NCBI GenBank assembly: GCA_048881705.1
Contig: JBHLSH010000037.1
Coordinates: 1-35,375, forward strand
Direction of reading: 5' to 3'
DNA: 35,375 nt
Origin: Candidatus Heimdallarchaeota archaeon
GTDB lineage: Archaea; Asgardarchaeota; Heimdallarchaeia; Hodarchaeales; Hodarchaeaceae
The translations under genes were made by a program, and so were the position numbers. The first letter of the stretch is position 1. Each line of letters starts with the position of its first letter. This document shows positions 1-9,443 of this stretch, one piece after another. The notes beneath the pieces were generated by a model that was not told where the DNA came from, did no database searches, and worked only from the letters and a program-made list of their open reading frames with translations.

Positions 1-1140
1 GAAGACATTTCATGCGATGGAGTAGATATCCCAGTTTATATTTGGCATAGAAAGTTCGAAAGTATCCAGACAAATGTTAAATTTGAAAATGAAGAGGATC
101 TCAACGCATTTATCATCAAACTTGCTCAAAGGTCAGGACGTCACATTAGTGTTGCTCGACCGCTCCTCGATGCGGCCCTCCCTGACGGGAGCCGCCTTCA
201 GCTCACGTATGGAAGAGAGGTTACGCAGCGTGGGAGTACATTTACCATTCGAAAGTTCCGCTCGGATCCCTTAACTATTACTGATATGGTAACCTTTAAC
301 ACCATCGATTTTGATCTAGCCGCTTTTCTTTGGTATGCATTGGAGAATAGAAATTCTGTCGTTATTGCGGGTGGTACTGCTGCAGGAAAAACCTCGTTAC
401 TCAACAGTTTAGCCATGTTTATTAGAACGGGAATGAAGATCGTGTCAATCGAAGATACTGCCGAGCTGCACATTCCCCATGAGAACTGGATACCAGCAGT
501 AGCTAGAGAAGGATACGGAGGTCGGGAGGCAGATGGTAGTAGACGCGGAGAAGTATCCATGTACGATCTTCTCCGTGCAGCCTTAAGGCAACGGCCTGAT
601 TATCTATTCGTAGGAGAAGTGCGAGGAGCAGAAGCTTACAACCTCTTTCAGGCGATGGCCACGGGTCATACAGGCATGGGTACGATACATGGAGATAGCG
701 TCTCTGGTACCATTCGACGACTTGAAAATGAGCCAATGAACATTCCCAGAACTCTTATTCAGACATTAAACTTGCTTGTGGTTCTTCGAAAGGTACGTCG
801 GGGAGACAAACAGGTAAGGCGGATTGTCGAGTGCACCGAAATTGTGGGAATAGATCCAGTAACCACTGAACTAATAACCAACAAAGTTTTTGGTTGGAAC
901 GCTCGTGAAGATACATTCACAAACTATGGGCGTTCATATACATTAGAAGGTATTCAGGAAGGGCAAGGATTGACCGAGGCTCAAGTATTTGATGAACTGG
1001 AGCGTCGAAAGACGGTAATACGTTGGATGGTTAAGAAAAAATTGGCCCACTTTTCTCAAGTGGCCGAAGTGGTAACAAGCTATTATCAAAGTCCCCTAGA
1101 GACAGTTGAGCGAGCAAAACGTGAACTAAAAGCAATTTAA
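1..1140 (+). CDS. Type II/IV secretion (type IV pilus) assembly ATPase, VirB11/TadA/FlaI family; 5'-partial
   Basis: Frame 1 is open from base 1 (EDISCDG...LPDGSRLQLT...GSTFTIRKF) into the track ORF at 286. Walker A GGTAAGKT, Asp box SIEDTAEL, Walker B LRQRPDYLFVGEVRG, His box TGHTGMGTIH. Confidence 0.95.
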   Translation, partial: EDISCDGVDIPVYIWHRKFESIQTNVKFENEEDLNAFIIKLAQRSGRHISVARPLLDAALPDGSRLQLTYGREVTQRGSTFTIRKFRSDPLTITDMVTFNTIDFDLAAFLWYALENRNSVVIAGGTAAGKTSLLNSLAMFIRTGMKIVSIEDTAELHIPHENWIPAVAREGYGGREADGSRRGEVSMYDLLRAALRQRPDYLFVGEVRGAEAYNLFQAMATGHTGMGTIHGDSVSGTIRRLENEPMNIPRTLIQTLNLLVVLRKVRRGDKQVRRIVECTEIVGIDPVTTELITNKVFGWNAREDTFTNYGRSYTLEGIQEGQGLTEAQVFDELERRKTVIRWMVKKKLAHFSQVAEVVTSYYQSPLETVERAKRELKAI

Positions 1141-1166
1141 AGATTGATAATATTCGGTGGTTCTCT

Positions 1167-2054
1167 GTGAGTAAAGTTATTCGCCGAGTTGGCTATTTGA
1201 GGTTTGGCAGATATTTGGAACCTTGGATCGAACAAGGCCGCTTTGAACGCTTGGGTACAAGTCTCAAGAAAGCTGGAATGGACATTTCTGTTCGGTCATA
1301 CTTAGGAACCGCAATATTCAGCTCAATACTCGTAGGATTCCTAGCCATGGTTTTTTCGATTGTTGGAGGATTAACCTTTCTAGGATCCGATCTGCTTCCC
1401 TTTGTTACCATAATTGGACTGATACTCGGTGGTCTAATTGGACTACTGACATATTTTCCTTTCTTGTATTGGCCAGCAATGCGAGCTCAGGATCGAAAAA
1501 TCCTTTTAGATGCAGGACTTACTTCTACAGCTTCCTATCTCTCCGCTATGTCATCGAGTGGGGTTCCCCCTGACCGATTGTTCTATTCTCTGGCAGGTGA
1601 GGAATCAGTGGCCCCTGAGATTTCTAAGGAAAGTAAACGGATCACACGTGACATAGAGATCTTTGGATATGATATACTTAAGGCACTACGAACTGCAAGT
1701 GACCGATCGCCGAGCGAACGATTTTCTAAATTCCTAGATGGTATCTCGGCAACGATCACAAGTGGCGGAGACTTAACATTCTATCTTGCTGCCGAAACTA
1801 AAACCCACATGAAACTTAAAGAAGAAGAGACCAAGGAATTTATTGAGCAATTGGGGGTTCTAGCAGAGATCTTCATGATTCTAGGCGTTGTTGCTCCGCT
1901 CTTCTTTGTAGTCATTCTAGCTATTCTTGCCGTAATATCCCCAGATGCCACTCAATTGGGGACAGCTGTCATGTTATTATTGACCTACTTCCTTATGCCG
2001 CTCATGTTGTCAATTATGATTCTGTTGGTTACAACAGCTTCAAGAGAAATCTAA
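1167..2054 (+). CDS. Type IV pilus membrane platform protein (TadB/TadC, T2SS-F family) 1
   Basis: GTG start with GGTGG upstream. Two N-terminal TM helices, T2SSF-like core (YLSAMSSSGVP...ATITSGGDLTFYL), two C-terminal TM helices. Directly follows the ATPase. Confidence 0.88.
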   Translation: MSKVIRRVGYLRFGRYLEPWIEQGRFERLGTSLKKAGMDISVRSYLGTAIFSSILVGFLAMVFSIVGGLTFLGSDLLPFVTIIGLILGGLIGLLTYFPFLYWPAMRAQDRKILLDAGLTSTASYLSAMSSSGVPPDRLFYSLAGEESVAPEISKESKRITRDIEIFGYDILKALRTASDRSPSERFSKFLDGISATITSGGDLTFYLAAETKTHMKLKEEETKEFIEQLGVLAEIFMILGVVAPLFFVVILAILAVISPDATQLGTAVMLLLTYFLMPLMLSIMILLVTTASREI

Positions 2055-2073
2055 ACAAATCGGAGGATATCGC

Positions 2074-3051
2074 ATGGGAAAGTTAACCGAAAAACGTGAA
2101 CAAAGAATCTGGATTATTTCTGGCATCCTCTTCATAATTATATCAATTATTGTTCTTATCGGTTTTTATGTTCCCGTTTTAGAGCATATTGCATCCGTTT
2201 CAATGCCCTCACCAACGGATCCCCCCATTCCTTCGGGGGAAACTCACCCCTTTCTTAGATCCATTAGCGAAATAATCCGAGATCCTGTCCTCAATTTCTT
2301 TGACATTATTGATGCAACAATAGTTATGATTTTTGCACTGATTTTGGTCCCCGCTTGGGCCTATACCTCCGACAGAAGATGGCGTGACGATATTGACGAC
2401 CACATTCCTTCTTTGTTGAGAGAAATCTCGGATGCTCAAAAGACAGGCCTCCCGCTTCCTCGCGCCATCATGGAGGCATCCAAACATCAGTATGGATCGC
2501 TAACTCCCGAACTGAAGAAAATGGCGTCCAAAATCAGCTGGGGGATTCCTTTCAGCAATACTTTGCGTGGATTAACTGAGCATGCTGACACTCCCCTCAT
2601 GAAACGAACTTCTTTATTGATTTTGGAGGCAGAACGTTCAGGTGGTGCGATTGAGGAAGTGTTTGAATCTGCTCATACCCACGTTTCTGAAATCCTGGGA
2701 TTAAAACGTGAGCGACTGGGGGCAATGAAACCCTATACTTGGATTATTTATGCCAGTTTTGTTGTGTTTTCGATTGTTATGATTATCCTGTTGGTTTCTT
2801 TCTTTCAGACGTTGGCAACCCAGATTGTTTCCGCGGTTGCCGAGGGTCAACGTCCGACAGCTGGATTGCCATTTAATTTAGCCGGTCTTCAGCTCGTGTT
2901 TTTTCACCTGATGGTCATTGAGGCAGTATTTTCAGGTTTGATTGCAGGAAAAATGGGGGAAGGAGATGCAAAAATCGGCCTCAGACATTCGTGTTTCCTA
3001 TTGGCGGCCTGCTATATTATCTTCAAAGGATCAATTATATTCTTGGGTTAA
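2074..3051 (+). CDS. Type IV pilus membrane platform protein (TadC/FlaJ-like) 2
   Basis: T2SSF core (IPSLLREISDAQKTGLPLPRAI...EAERSGGAIEEV) and the typical archaeal C-terminal FSGLIAGKMGEG...GLRHS. GGAGG upstream. Confidence 0.9.
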   Translation: MGKLTEKREQRIWIISGILFIIISIIVLIGFYVPVLEHIASVSMPSPTDPPIPSGETHPFLRSISEIIRDPVLNFFDIIDATIVMIFALILVPAWAYTSDRRWRDDIDDHIPSLLREISDAQKTGLPLPRAIMEASKHQYGSLTPELKKMASKISWGIPFSNTLRGLTEHADTPLMKRTSLLILEAERSGGAIEEVFESAHTHVSEILGLKRERLGAMKPYTWIIYASFVVFSIVMIILLVSFFQTLATQIVSAVAEGQRPTAGLPFNLAGLQLVFFHLMVIEAVFSGLIAGKMGEGDAKIGLRHSCFLLAACYIIFKGSIIFLG

Positions 3052-3073
3052 ATCTGACTCTGTGTGATGTAGA

Positions 3074-3526
3074 ATGGGTAAAGAAGAAAAAATGTTAGAA
3101 GAATTGCTTACAAAAGTGAGCCTGCTAGAGGATAAAATCCAGAATATGGAGTTTTTGCTTGTCCAAGGGATGGGAGCAGGAACAATGGATCCAAGTAAGC
3201 TCTCCTCGATCACTGGAAGTCCTGTTTCTGCTCCTGTTGAGGTCGACCTCGCCCCGCTTGAGGGAAGGATTTCCCAAATCGAAATTTTGGTAAACCAGAT
3301 TGTTACCAAGGTTGACAAACTGTCCGAATTGACCGCACAGCTTAGTAGTGGAAAGGCACAGAAAGCAGATGAATTGATCGGTCAGGCCACAAGTTTGTTG
3401 GAAAAAGGGTTACAGTTAACCGAGCTGGAAACAACGCTTCTGGAGTTTAAGGATCGGGTGGAGGAAGTCATAATTCAGCTTGAGGTTTCCAATATCGGTG
3501 CATCTGAAGCTGAAGATTCCGTATAG
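3074..3526 (+). CDS. Hypothetical soluble coiled-coil protein in the pilus operon
   Basis: 150 aa, heptad-like L/I/E/K-rich helices with a G/S/P linker, no TM segment. Starts 22 nt after the tadC-like gene. Confidence 0.7.
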   Translation: MGKEEKMLEELLTKVSLLEDKIQNMEFLLVQGMGAGTMDPSKLSSITGSPVSAPVEVDLAPLEGRISQIEILVNQIVTKVDKLSELTAQLSSGKAQKADELIGQATSLLEKGLQLTELETTLLEFKDRVEEVIIQLEVSNIGASEAEDSV

Positions 3527-3578
3527 AAATCGGGTTTTTATTAGAAAATTGTAAATTAGTTGCTAAACGTGCATTATA

Positions 3579-4760
3579 ATGGGATACCATGGACGTTTCA
3601 AACGTAGAAGAGCACAAATACGGGCAGTAGACTTCATCGTGAGTCTCCTACTCTTCATGCTCATGTTATCACAACTAATCCTAATTATTGTCACTATTCA
3701 AGCTGGAATTCAAGTCTCCACTTCAAAAGGAATAACTGCAGAAGAAATCGACGTTTTTGCCCGTTCAATCTTACTGGAAGAGGGTGAACCGGGTTGGGGA
3801 TATCGACAAATACTTCCTGCCACCTTTGGATTGGGTAGCGATATTTCCACCGTTTCTTTGACTTTAGATCCAGCAAAAATAGCCAGACTGGTTACAGGAA
3901 CAGATTTTCCAGTCTTTCAAATATCTGGATACAGTACGTTCGATTATACAGCACTAAAGGAGGCCATGCATCTCCCTTCAGGAAGAAACTTCCAGCTTGC
4001 CCTTCTACCTACTCTTGAAACCTCTGTCGAAGTTGCAGTCTTAAACATTAATAACAATACAAATATTATTACTGTAGAAACCTGGAATGCTCGCGCATCT
4101 CCGATATCTTCCGCAAAAGCCTATTTTTTTGTAGTTGACTTTACGACTGGGACGATCCATTCCTTAGGGGTCTCCATAACTGATACAACAGGGCAGGCAT
4201 CCAAGAATTACTTGATACCTAATGCAGGTATTCCTGATGCAGAGCACATGGTTCTAAGTATTGTAGAAAAAGGGGCCCTTTGGGGTATGAACTGGGCCTA
4301 TATTGATCCAAATCCTGCATTCAGTCAATCGGTAATAGGAACAGCCTCTTCGAGCACCGTGTGGGGTGGAGGTATAAACTCTACGGCTTTATTGGCTTCT
4401 GATCAAGTCATAGAAACCCCAGATCAGCATTATATTTCTATCCTTTATCGGAACACAGTTGGAGGGTTTTCAAATACCACATTGGATTTATCAAGCAGTA
4501 TAAGCGGGAACGCAACTATTCCTATTCCAACTAATGGACTTGTAATTGTTTTTAGTATATCCCAAATCGGGGATACGTATGAGGTGGCAATAGGCTCCTA
4601 TCCAACGATTTTGGATCGTACTCAGACGACAGGTGTGTTTTACGATGTATTCGGAGCACAAGAGGATGAGTCTTCGGCAGAATCTCAACTTTCTAGGACA
4701 TATCCGGTTATAGTCCGAAATTTATTGATGAAATGTACAATTACGCTTTGGAGCGAGTAA
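3579..4760 (+). CDS. Large pilin-like/adhesin protein with class III-type signal peptide
   Basis: MGYHGRFKRRRA|QIRAVDF followed by a ~20 aa hydrophobic helix. S/T/G-rich beta-type ectodomain with 4 N-x-S/T sequons. Confidence 0.75.
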   Translation: MGYHGRFKRRRAQIRAVDFIVSLLLFMLMLSQLILIIVTIQAGIQVSTSKGITAEEIDVFARSILLEEGEPGWGYRQILPATFGLGSDISTVSLTLDPAKIARLVTGTDFPVFQISGYSTFDYTALKEAMHLPSGRNFQLALLPTLETSVEVAVLNINNNTNIITVETWNARASPISSAKAYFFVVDFTTGTIHSLGVSITDTTGQASKNYLIPNAGIPDAEHMVLSIVEKGALWGMNWAYIDPNPAFSQSVIGTASSSTVWGGGINSTALLASDQVIETPDQHYISILYRNTVGGFSNTTLDLSSSISGNATIPIPTNGLVIVFSISQIGDTYEVAIGSYPTILDRTQTTGVFYDVFGAQEDESSAESQLSRTYPVIVRNLLMKCTITLWSE

Positions 4761-4763
4761 AAA

Positions 4764-5279
4764 GTGCAAACCACCAAGCGAAGAAGTGCCCGCCGTGGAC
4801 AACTCCAAATTGCAGAAACGCTCATCGCAGTTTCACTCATGTTGGTACTTGCTCTTCTACTCATTAACTCCGCAGAACGACTTGTACAACAATCAGAAGA
4901 TACATCAAGCCTAGATCGTATGGCAACGGATATCCTAACCACTGCAGATGAAGCGGGCATTTTGAGGCCTGTAATTTACCTCTATAATGATACTAGCCTC
5001 ATCACCGAATATGCAAATTACCGGAATCTGTTAGATGATTTTATTGCCGCCATACTTCCCGTAAAGACGGGTTATGCCCTTTTGTCTCATGTGGTTTTAA
5101 ATGGCACAATGGATCCAAACTATGTTGTGCATATCGGATCAGGAAGTGAGATCGGATCCCTAACGGAGGGGGGAAATAGTGTGACAGCCAATTACTTTCT
5201 CAGTTCATTCACCTCTGCTGCTCACGGCCAATTTCGAGATCAATTTGTCGTGAGGCTTTATTTATGGGAGAAGATCTAA
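4764..5279 (+). CDS. Pilin-like protein with class III-type signal peptide
   Basis: GTG start 3 nt after the previous stop. MQTTKRRSARRG|QLQIAETLIAVSLMLVLALLLI. 2 sequons. Confidence 0.78.
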   Translation: MQTTKRRSARRGQLQIAETLIAVSLMLVLALLLINSAERLVQQSEDTSSLDRMATDILTTADEAGILRPVIYLYNDTSLITEYANYRNLLDDFIAAILPVKTGYALLSHVVLNGTMDPNYVVHIGSGSEIGSLTEGGNSVTANYFLSSFTSAAHGQFRDQFVVRLYLWEKI

Positions 5280-5280
5280 A

Positions 5281-5997
5281 ATGACTTTGCCTAAAGTGCA
5301 CCATTTTGGGAACAGAAATGCACAAATGTTTATTTTGGCAACTATGTTGATAGCCATTTATGTTATTGCTATGACGATGGTTTTGGTGAATTATGGAGGT
5401 ACCCGGATTGCAGTGGATCGTGAAGGTCTTGTCGAACCATATAATGATGTTAAACGCGAGCTGCAACAGTTCTTAGAACTTACACTTGCAGATTATACCA
5501 TGGATGGAAGCGTTACAACCAATGATTCCGCAATGGCGGAAATTGAGGCTTTTCTTTCTGATTTTGAAGATTTTAACAGCGTACAAGAAGTTTTCATTTC
5601 TCTCAGGCTTAACCCTATCACGTTTCGCCTTATAGGAAATCGACCTCCATTTTCAAATGTTTCAGACGACAAGGTATACGTTAGTGAGATATTTGCTGAG
5701 TTTGATTTAGAAATGAATTCCTTACAACCGTCAGCTAGCATCATAGAAACTTTTAACATATCGTTCATAGCCCGGGCGGAAGTTAAGGGTAACTCCGTTT
5801 ATGTACAACAGTCATCTGGTACACAATTTGTTTTTCAAGAAGCTTTTTCTATTTATATCTTAAACGGAACCACGCCAATATTCCCTGTCTCAAATTCGGA
5901 TCATTCGGGTGTTTATCTATTCCCCTCCGTCCCGAACCTAGATAACATTGGCCTTCTAAATGTAACATTCCCAAATGGTGTCCGAGTCTTCTCGTGA
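5281..5997 (+). CDS. Pilin-like protein with class III-type signal peptide
   Basis: Starts 1 nt after the previous stop. ...GNRNA|QMFILATMLIAIYVIAMTMVLV. 5 sequons (NDS, NVS, NIS, NGT, NVT). Confidence 0.72.
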   Translation: MTLPKVHHFGNRNAQMFILATMLIAIYVIAMTMVLVNYGGTRIAVDREGLVEPYNDVKRELQQFLELTLADYTMDGSVTTNDSAMAEIEAFLSDFEDFNSVQEVFISLRLNPITFRLIGNRPPFSNVSDDKVYVSEIFAEFDLEMNSLQPSASIIETFNISFIARAEVKGNSVYVQQSSGTQFVFQEAFSIYILNGTTPIFPVSNSDHSGVYLFPSVPNLDNIGLLNVTFPNGVRVFS

Positions 5998-8900
5998 AAC
6001 CCATGAATGTACTAGAGTTTGAGCAATATAGTTTAGGTTTAAGGAATAACATTAATGCTCAATTGACGATTGCTTCAAAGGCTAGGGCGAGAAAATATGA
6101 TCCGATGGATTCAGTTGAATCCCGCTTAACCTTTTCTTCAAAAGAAAACATTCTAGCTATCCTTAATATCCCAGGTCTCGACAAACATCTTCCTCAGTAT
6201 CTGTTTAGTCACGAAAATGCGCTACAGCTTGCTGCAGAGGTTGCCAAACAAATTGTTAACGAGCGATTTGTCAAACTACCTCCAAACCAATTAATCCGCC
6301 TTGCTATCCATAGCGCACTTGTCATTCTGAGTAGAGGTTTGATCAGTATTCCCCAAGAAATTATTCCGAAGATCTTTATTTCAAACAGGACAAATCATCT
6401 CACCCTCTTTTTTAGTAATACTGTGCGATACGTTCGAGGAGATATAATAGGCCTGGTCATTCTCACTGCCGATTATATTAGGAAACTTCTGCATATCGAG
6501 AGATTTCGACCATCTCCAGCCTTGGTTAGCCGATATATTGAGGAAATGGAGTTATTTCTAACGCTGATAGATCGGTCGCAAGACTTGCGTAGGGATCTTG
6601 TAGAGACCCTAATCCAAAGTATTGGGGTTGAGATTACTGGAGAACCATCGGAACGGATCGAAGTTCGAAGATATAGAAATTTACCCAATATCCACAATCA
6701 ATTACGCATGGGAATGTGTGTCACATTAGAAAAAATTATGGATAATATCAACGTCATCGCTGAACAACGTACCACGGCCGAATTGCTGGAATGGGAATGG
6801 CTTAAACCTCATGTAACCGAAAAACGGGAAAAACTATCCTTTTCATCTAGGGATGCCAGGGGTACAAGGCCGTTACTTTCTAGATCGAAGACTCCTGGTG
6901 GATTCCGGCTTAGATATGGAATAGCCCGTAATACTGGACAGGGCGCCGTAGGGATTCATCCAGCAACTATGCATTTCTTAGAGCTACTTTCACCTGGAAC
7001 AAATGTTATTATTGATGTTATGGATCGACCAATCACCTTATTTCCAGTATCTTCATTACTTGGTCCGTATATAGAACTTAGGGATGGTTCCACAATTCGA
7101 ATAGAATCTGATACGGATTTTCGTGATTTGAAGGATAAGATCAAGCTAATCTGGGAGATGGGAGACCTACTTCTCTCACCCGACGATATTCCTGCAACTG
7201 AAACTATTGAGCAGGCAAGCTGGACCGAAGAATGGTGGAGTCAAGAAGTTTATGCCGTCATGAATACACAAGCCAGAGGATCGGAGTTTTTGGCAGCAAA
7301 ACTAGCCATTCCAGTAGAAATGTTGAAACGGTATCTTGAGTCTCCCATATTAAATCCACCTCCTAAAGAGGTTGCTGTAGGCCTATCCAGATTAACTAAT
7401 ACCCCTCTTCACCCTTACTACTCCTTCAACTGGAATGAAATCGCTATTGGAAACCTTGAAAAACTTCTTCTACTCATCAATAAGTCGAACAGCGATTTAA
7501 TTCCGTACGATACAGATATGATTAAAATTTTAAGTAAACTTGGAGTTCCCTTTACAATTGAAGACGATAAACTCCGTAGTCCACGGTTTGACCTGTTTGT
7601 CCAAGCCCTCAGTGGAAAAAAGCAAGAACTAACTCAGATTCTACTAAAATCGCCAGAGCCGCCAACTATTGAAGAAATACTTTCCCAGCTAATCGGCATT
7701 CAGATAAAATCTCTGTGCCACCGCAGAATTGGTTTAAAGCTTCTTCGAGTAGAGAAAGCAGAACTGAGACATCTTAACCCGCCAGCTCATGTTTTATTTC
7801 CAATTGGATCGTACGGGGGAACTCAGAAAGATATTTTAAAGGCGGCAAATGAATCAACGATAAACGTACGCCTCGCAGAGCGGTACTGCGCCTCGTGCGA
7901 GATATCTACTTTCCAAGTATTCTGTCCTCAATGCGATGAACAGACAGATCAACATTACGTATGCAGGCAAGGACATATCTCCGCTGAAAGAAACTGCACC
8001 ACTTGCGGGCAATATGCATTTCCTTCTCATTACAAACCTATCCATCTCGCAACGCAACTGGAATCGGCGTTTCAACTGACTGGAGAAGTTAAAGTAGATA
8101 AAATTAAGGGAGTGGCTTCTCTTAATAGTCGCAACCATATTCCTGAACATCTAGCGAAAGGGATATTAAGAGCTAAATACGATCTTCTTGTCTATAAAGA
8201 TGGTACTTCGAGATTTGAAATGACTAATGCCCCTTTGACCCATTTTACGCCAAAGGAAATTAATACGTCCATTTCAGATCTAAAACTACTCGGATATTCG
8301 CATGATGTGTATGGAGAAGATCTAACAGATGAAGACCAGATGGTTGAACTTTTCCCTTTTGATGTTATCATTAATCAGTCCGCGGGTGATTTTCTAATAA
8401 AGCAAACAAAGCTCGTCGATGATGAGCTGTCCTCTCTATATAGTCTCCCCCGCTACTATCGACGTAAAACCCTAGAAACCCTGGTCGGTACGATTATTGT
8501 GGGGCTTTCTCCATTTTCTGCAATAGCAGTGGTTGGGAGGGTAATTGGATACATCAAACACGTAAATGTGCTTCTGGCTCATCCACTCTGGCATAACTTA
8601 AAGACTCGCAATTGCAATGGAGATGTTGACTCCATTACTCTTCTTCTCGATGTACTCTTAAATTTCTCTACAGAATTCTACCCTACTCAACGGGGAGGAA
8701 GCATGGATATCCCCATGATCGTCCATTTTCCAGAAAGCTGGGAGGGGTTATCCCTAGCTAGCAAATATACCTCTGTTCCCTTGAATCTCCCTTATTATAG
8801 ATCATTGAACGAAAATCCACTCAGAGAGGACCTTATGACATACGAACAATCCTATCTGGCCCCTTCTGTACCCAAAATCCACACAATAGATAATTATTCG

Positions 8901-9329
8901 TCTTTTCGCTTGGAAAACCAGTTTAAAACCAAGACGATCATTTCCAAGGTTGAATCCATCCTTAAGATCCTTCCACGGATACGGGGAATCGAAGAAAGTG
9001 ATTTCGTTGATGGAATCCTCCAGAATGACTTCATGATTAAAACGTCAAACTCGATGAATCGTTTTTTTCTTCAACCCTTCCGTTGTAAAAGGTGTAAAAC
9101 GGTATTTCGACGCATTCCTCTTTCCTCATTGTGTTCCGTTTGTCACAGCGATTTAATCAGTTTATCATTATCGGCAGGATGGGTAGTTCGATTATTACAT
9201 ATCATAGAGCAGCTGCAAGAAACATATAATACTGAAATATCGACATATTCCAAGGCTTGGATAAGACTGGTGAATCTACGAAAGCAAATGCTGTTTGACC
9301 GAGGCCCACGGCCCACCAGACTTATCTGA
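5994..9329 (+). CDS. polC: DNA polymerase D large subunit (DP2) homolog, strongly diverged, predicted catalytically inactive
   Basis: Colinear with DP2 over 1111 aa: KAR..DP N-terminus, GVEITGEP, GGFRLRYG, EEWW, HVLFPIG, Zn-finger Cys pairs, KGILRAK..KDGT.RF, LLNFS..RGG.MD, C-terminal FRCKRC..CSVC. The catalytic motif reads RNCNGDVD (8607-8630) instead of RNCDGDED. GTG overlaps the upstream TGA; alternative ATG at 6003. Confidence 0.93.
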   Translation: MKPMNVLEFEQYSLGLRNNINAQLTIASKARARKYDPMDSVESRLTFSSKENILAILNIPGLDKHLPQYLFSHENALQLAAEVAKQIVNERFVKLPPNQLIRLAIHSALVILSRGLISIPQEIIPKIFISNRTNHLTLFFSNTVRYVRGDIIGLVILTADYIRKLLHIERFRPSPALVSRYIEEMELFLTLIDRSQDLRRDLVETLIQSIGVEITGEPSERIEVRRYRNLPNIHNQLRMGMCVTLEKIMDNINVIAEQRTTAELLEWEWLKPHVTEKREKLSFSSRDARGTRPLLSRSKTPGGFRLRYGIARNTGQGAVGIHPATMHFLELLSPGTNVIIDVMDRPITLFPVSSLLGPYIELRDGSTIRIESDTDFRDLKDKIKLIWEMGDLLLSPDDIPATETIEQASWTEEWWSQEVYAVMNTQARGSEFLAAKLAIPVEMLKRYLESPILNPPPKEVAVGLSRLTNTPLHPYYSFNWNEIAIGNLEKLLLLINKSNSDLIPYDTDMIKILSKLGVPFTIEDDKLRSPRFDLFVQALSGKKQELTQILLKSPEPPTIEEILSQLIGIQIKSLCHRRIGLKLLRVEKAELRHLNPPAHVLFPIGSYGGTQKDILKAANESTINVRLAERYCASCEISTFQVFCPQCDEQTDQHYVCRQGHISAERNCTTCGQYAFPSHYKPIHLATQLESAFQLTGEVKVDKIKGVASLNSRNHIPEHLAKGILRAKYDLLVYKDGTSRFEMTNAPLTHFTPKEINTSISDLKLLGYSHDVYGEDLTDEDQMVELFPFDVIINQSAGDFLIKQTKLVDDELSSLYSLPRYYRRKTLETLVGTIIVGLSPFSAIAVVGRVIGYIKHVNVLLAHPLWHNLKTRNCNGDVDSITLLLDVLLNFSTEFYPTQRGGSMDIPMIVHFPESWEGLSLASKYTSVPLNLPYYRSLNENPLREDLMTYEQSYLAPSVPKIHTIDNYSSFRLENQFKTKTIISKVESILKILPRIRGIEESDFVDGILQNDFMIKTSNSMNRFFLQPFRCKRCKTVFRRIPLSSLCSVCHSDLISLSLSAGWVVRLLHIIEQLQETYNTEISTYSKAWIRLVNLRKQMLFDRGPRPTRLI

Positions 9330-9443
9330 GTCTCTCGAATGACAAATCATCGGTCGCACCTATACGAACATTTTATTAGGATTCTAAGTCAACATACTTA
9401 GAGGTCTTTATACTTCTAATAAACAACAAGGAATGAAACAAGA

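Noticed and set aside
5994-9329. DP2 homolog as a pseudogene, or as an intein-containing DP2
   Set aside because: The ORF is uninterrupted, full length and keeps its structural cysteines. There is no insertion at the usual RN|CDGD intein site.
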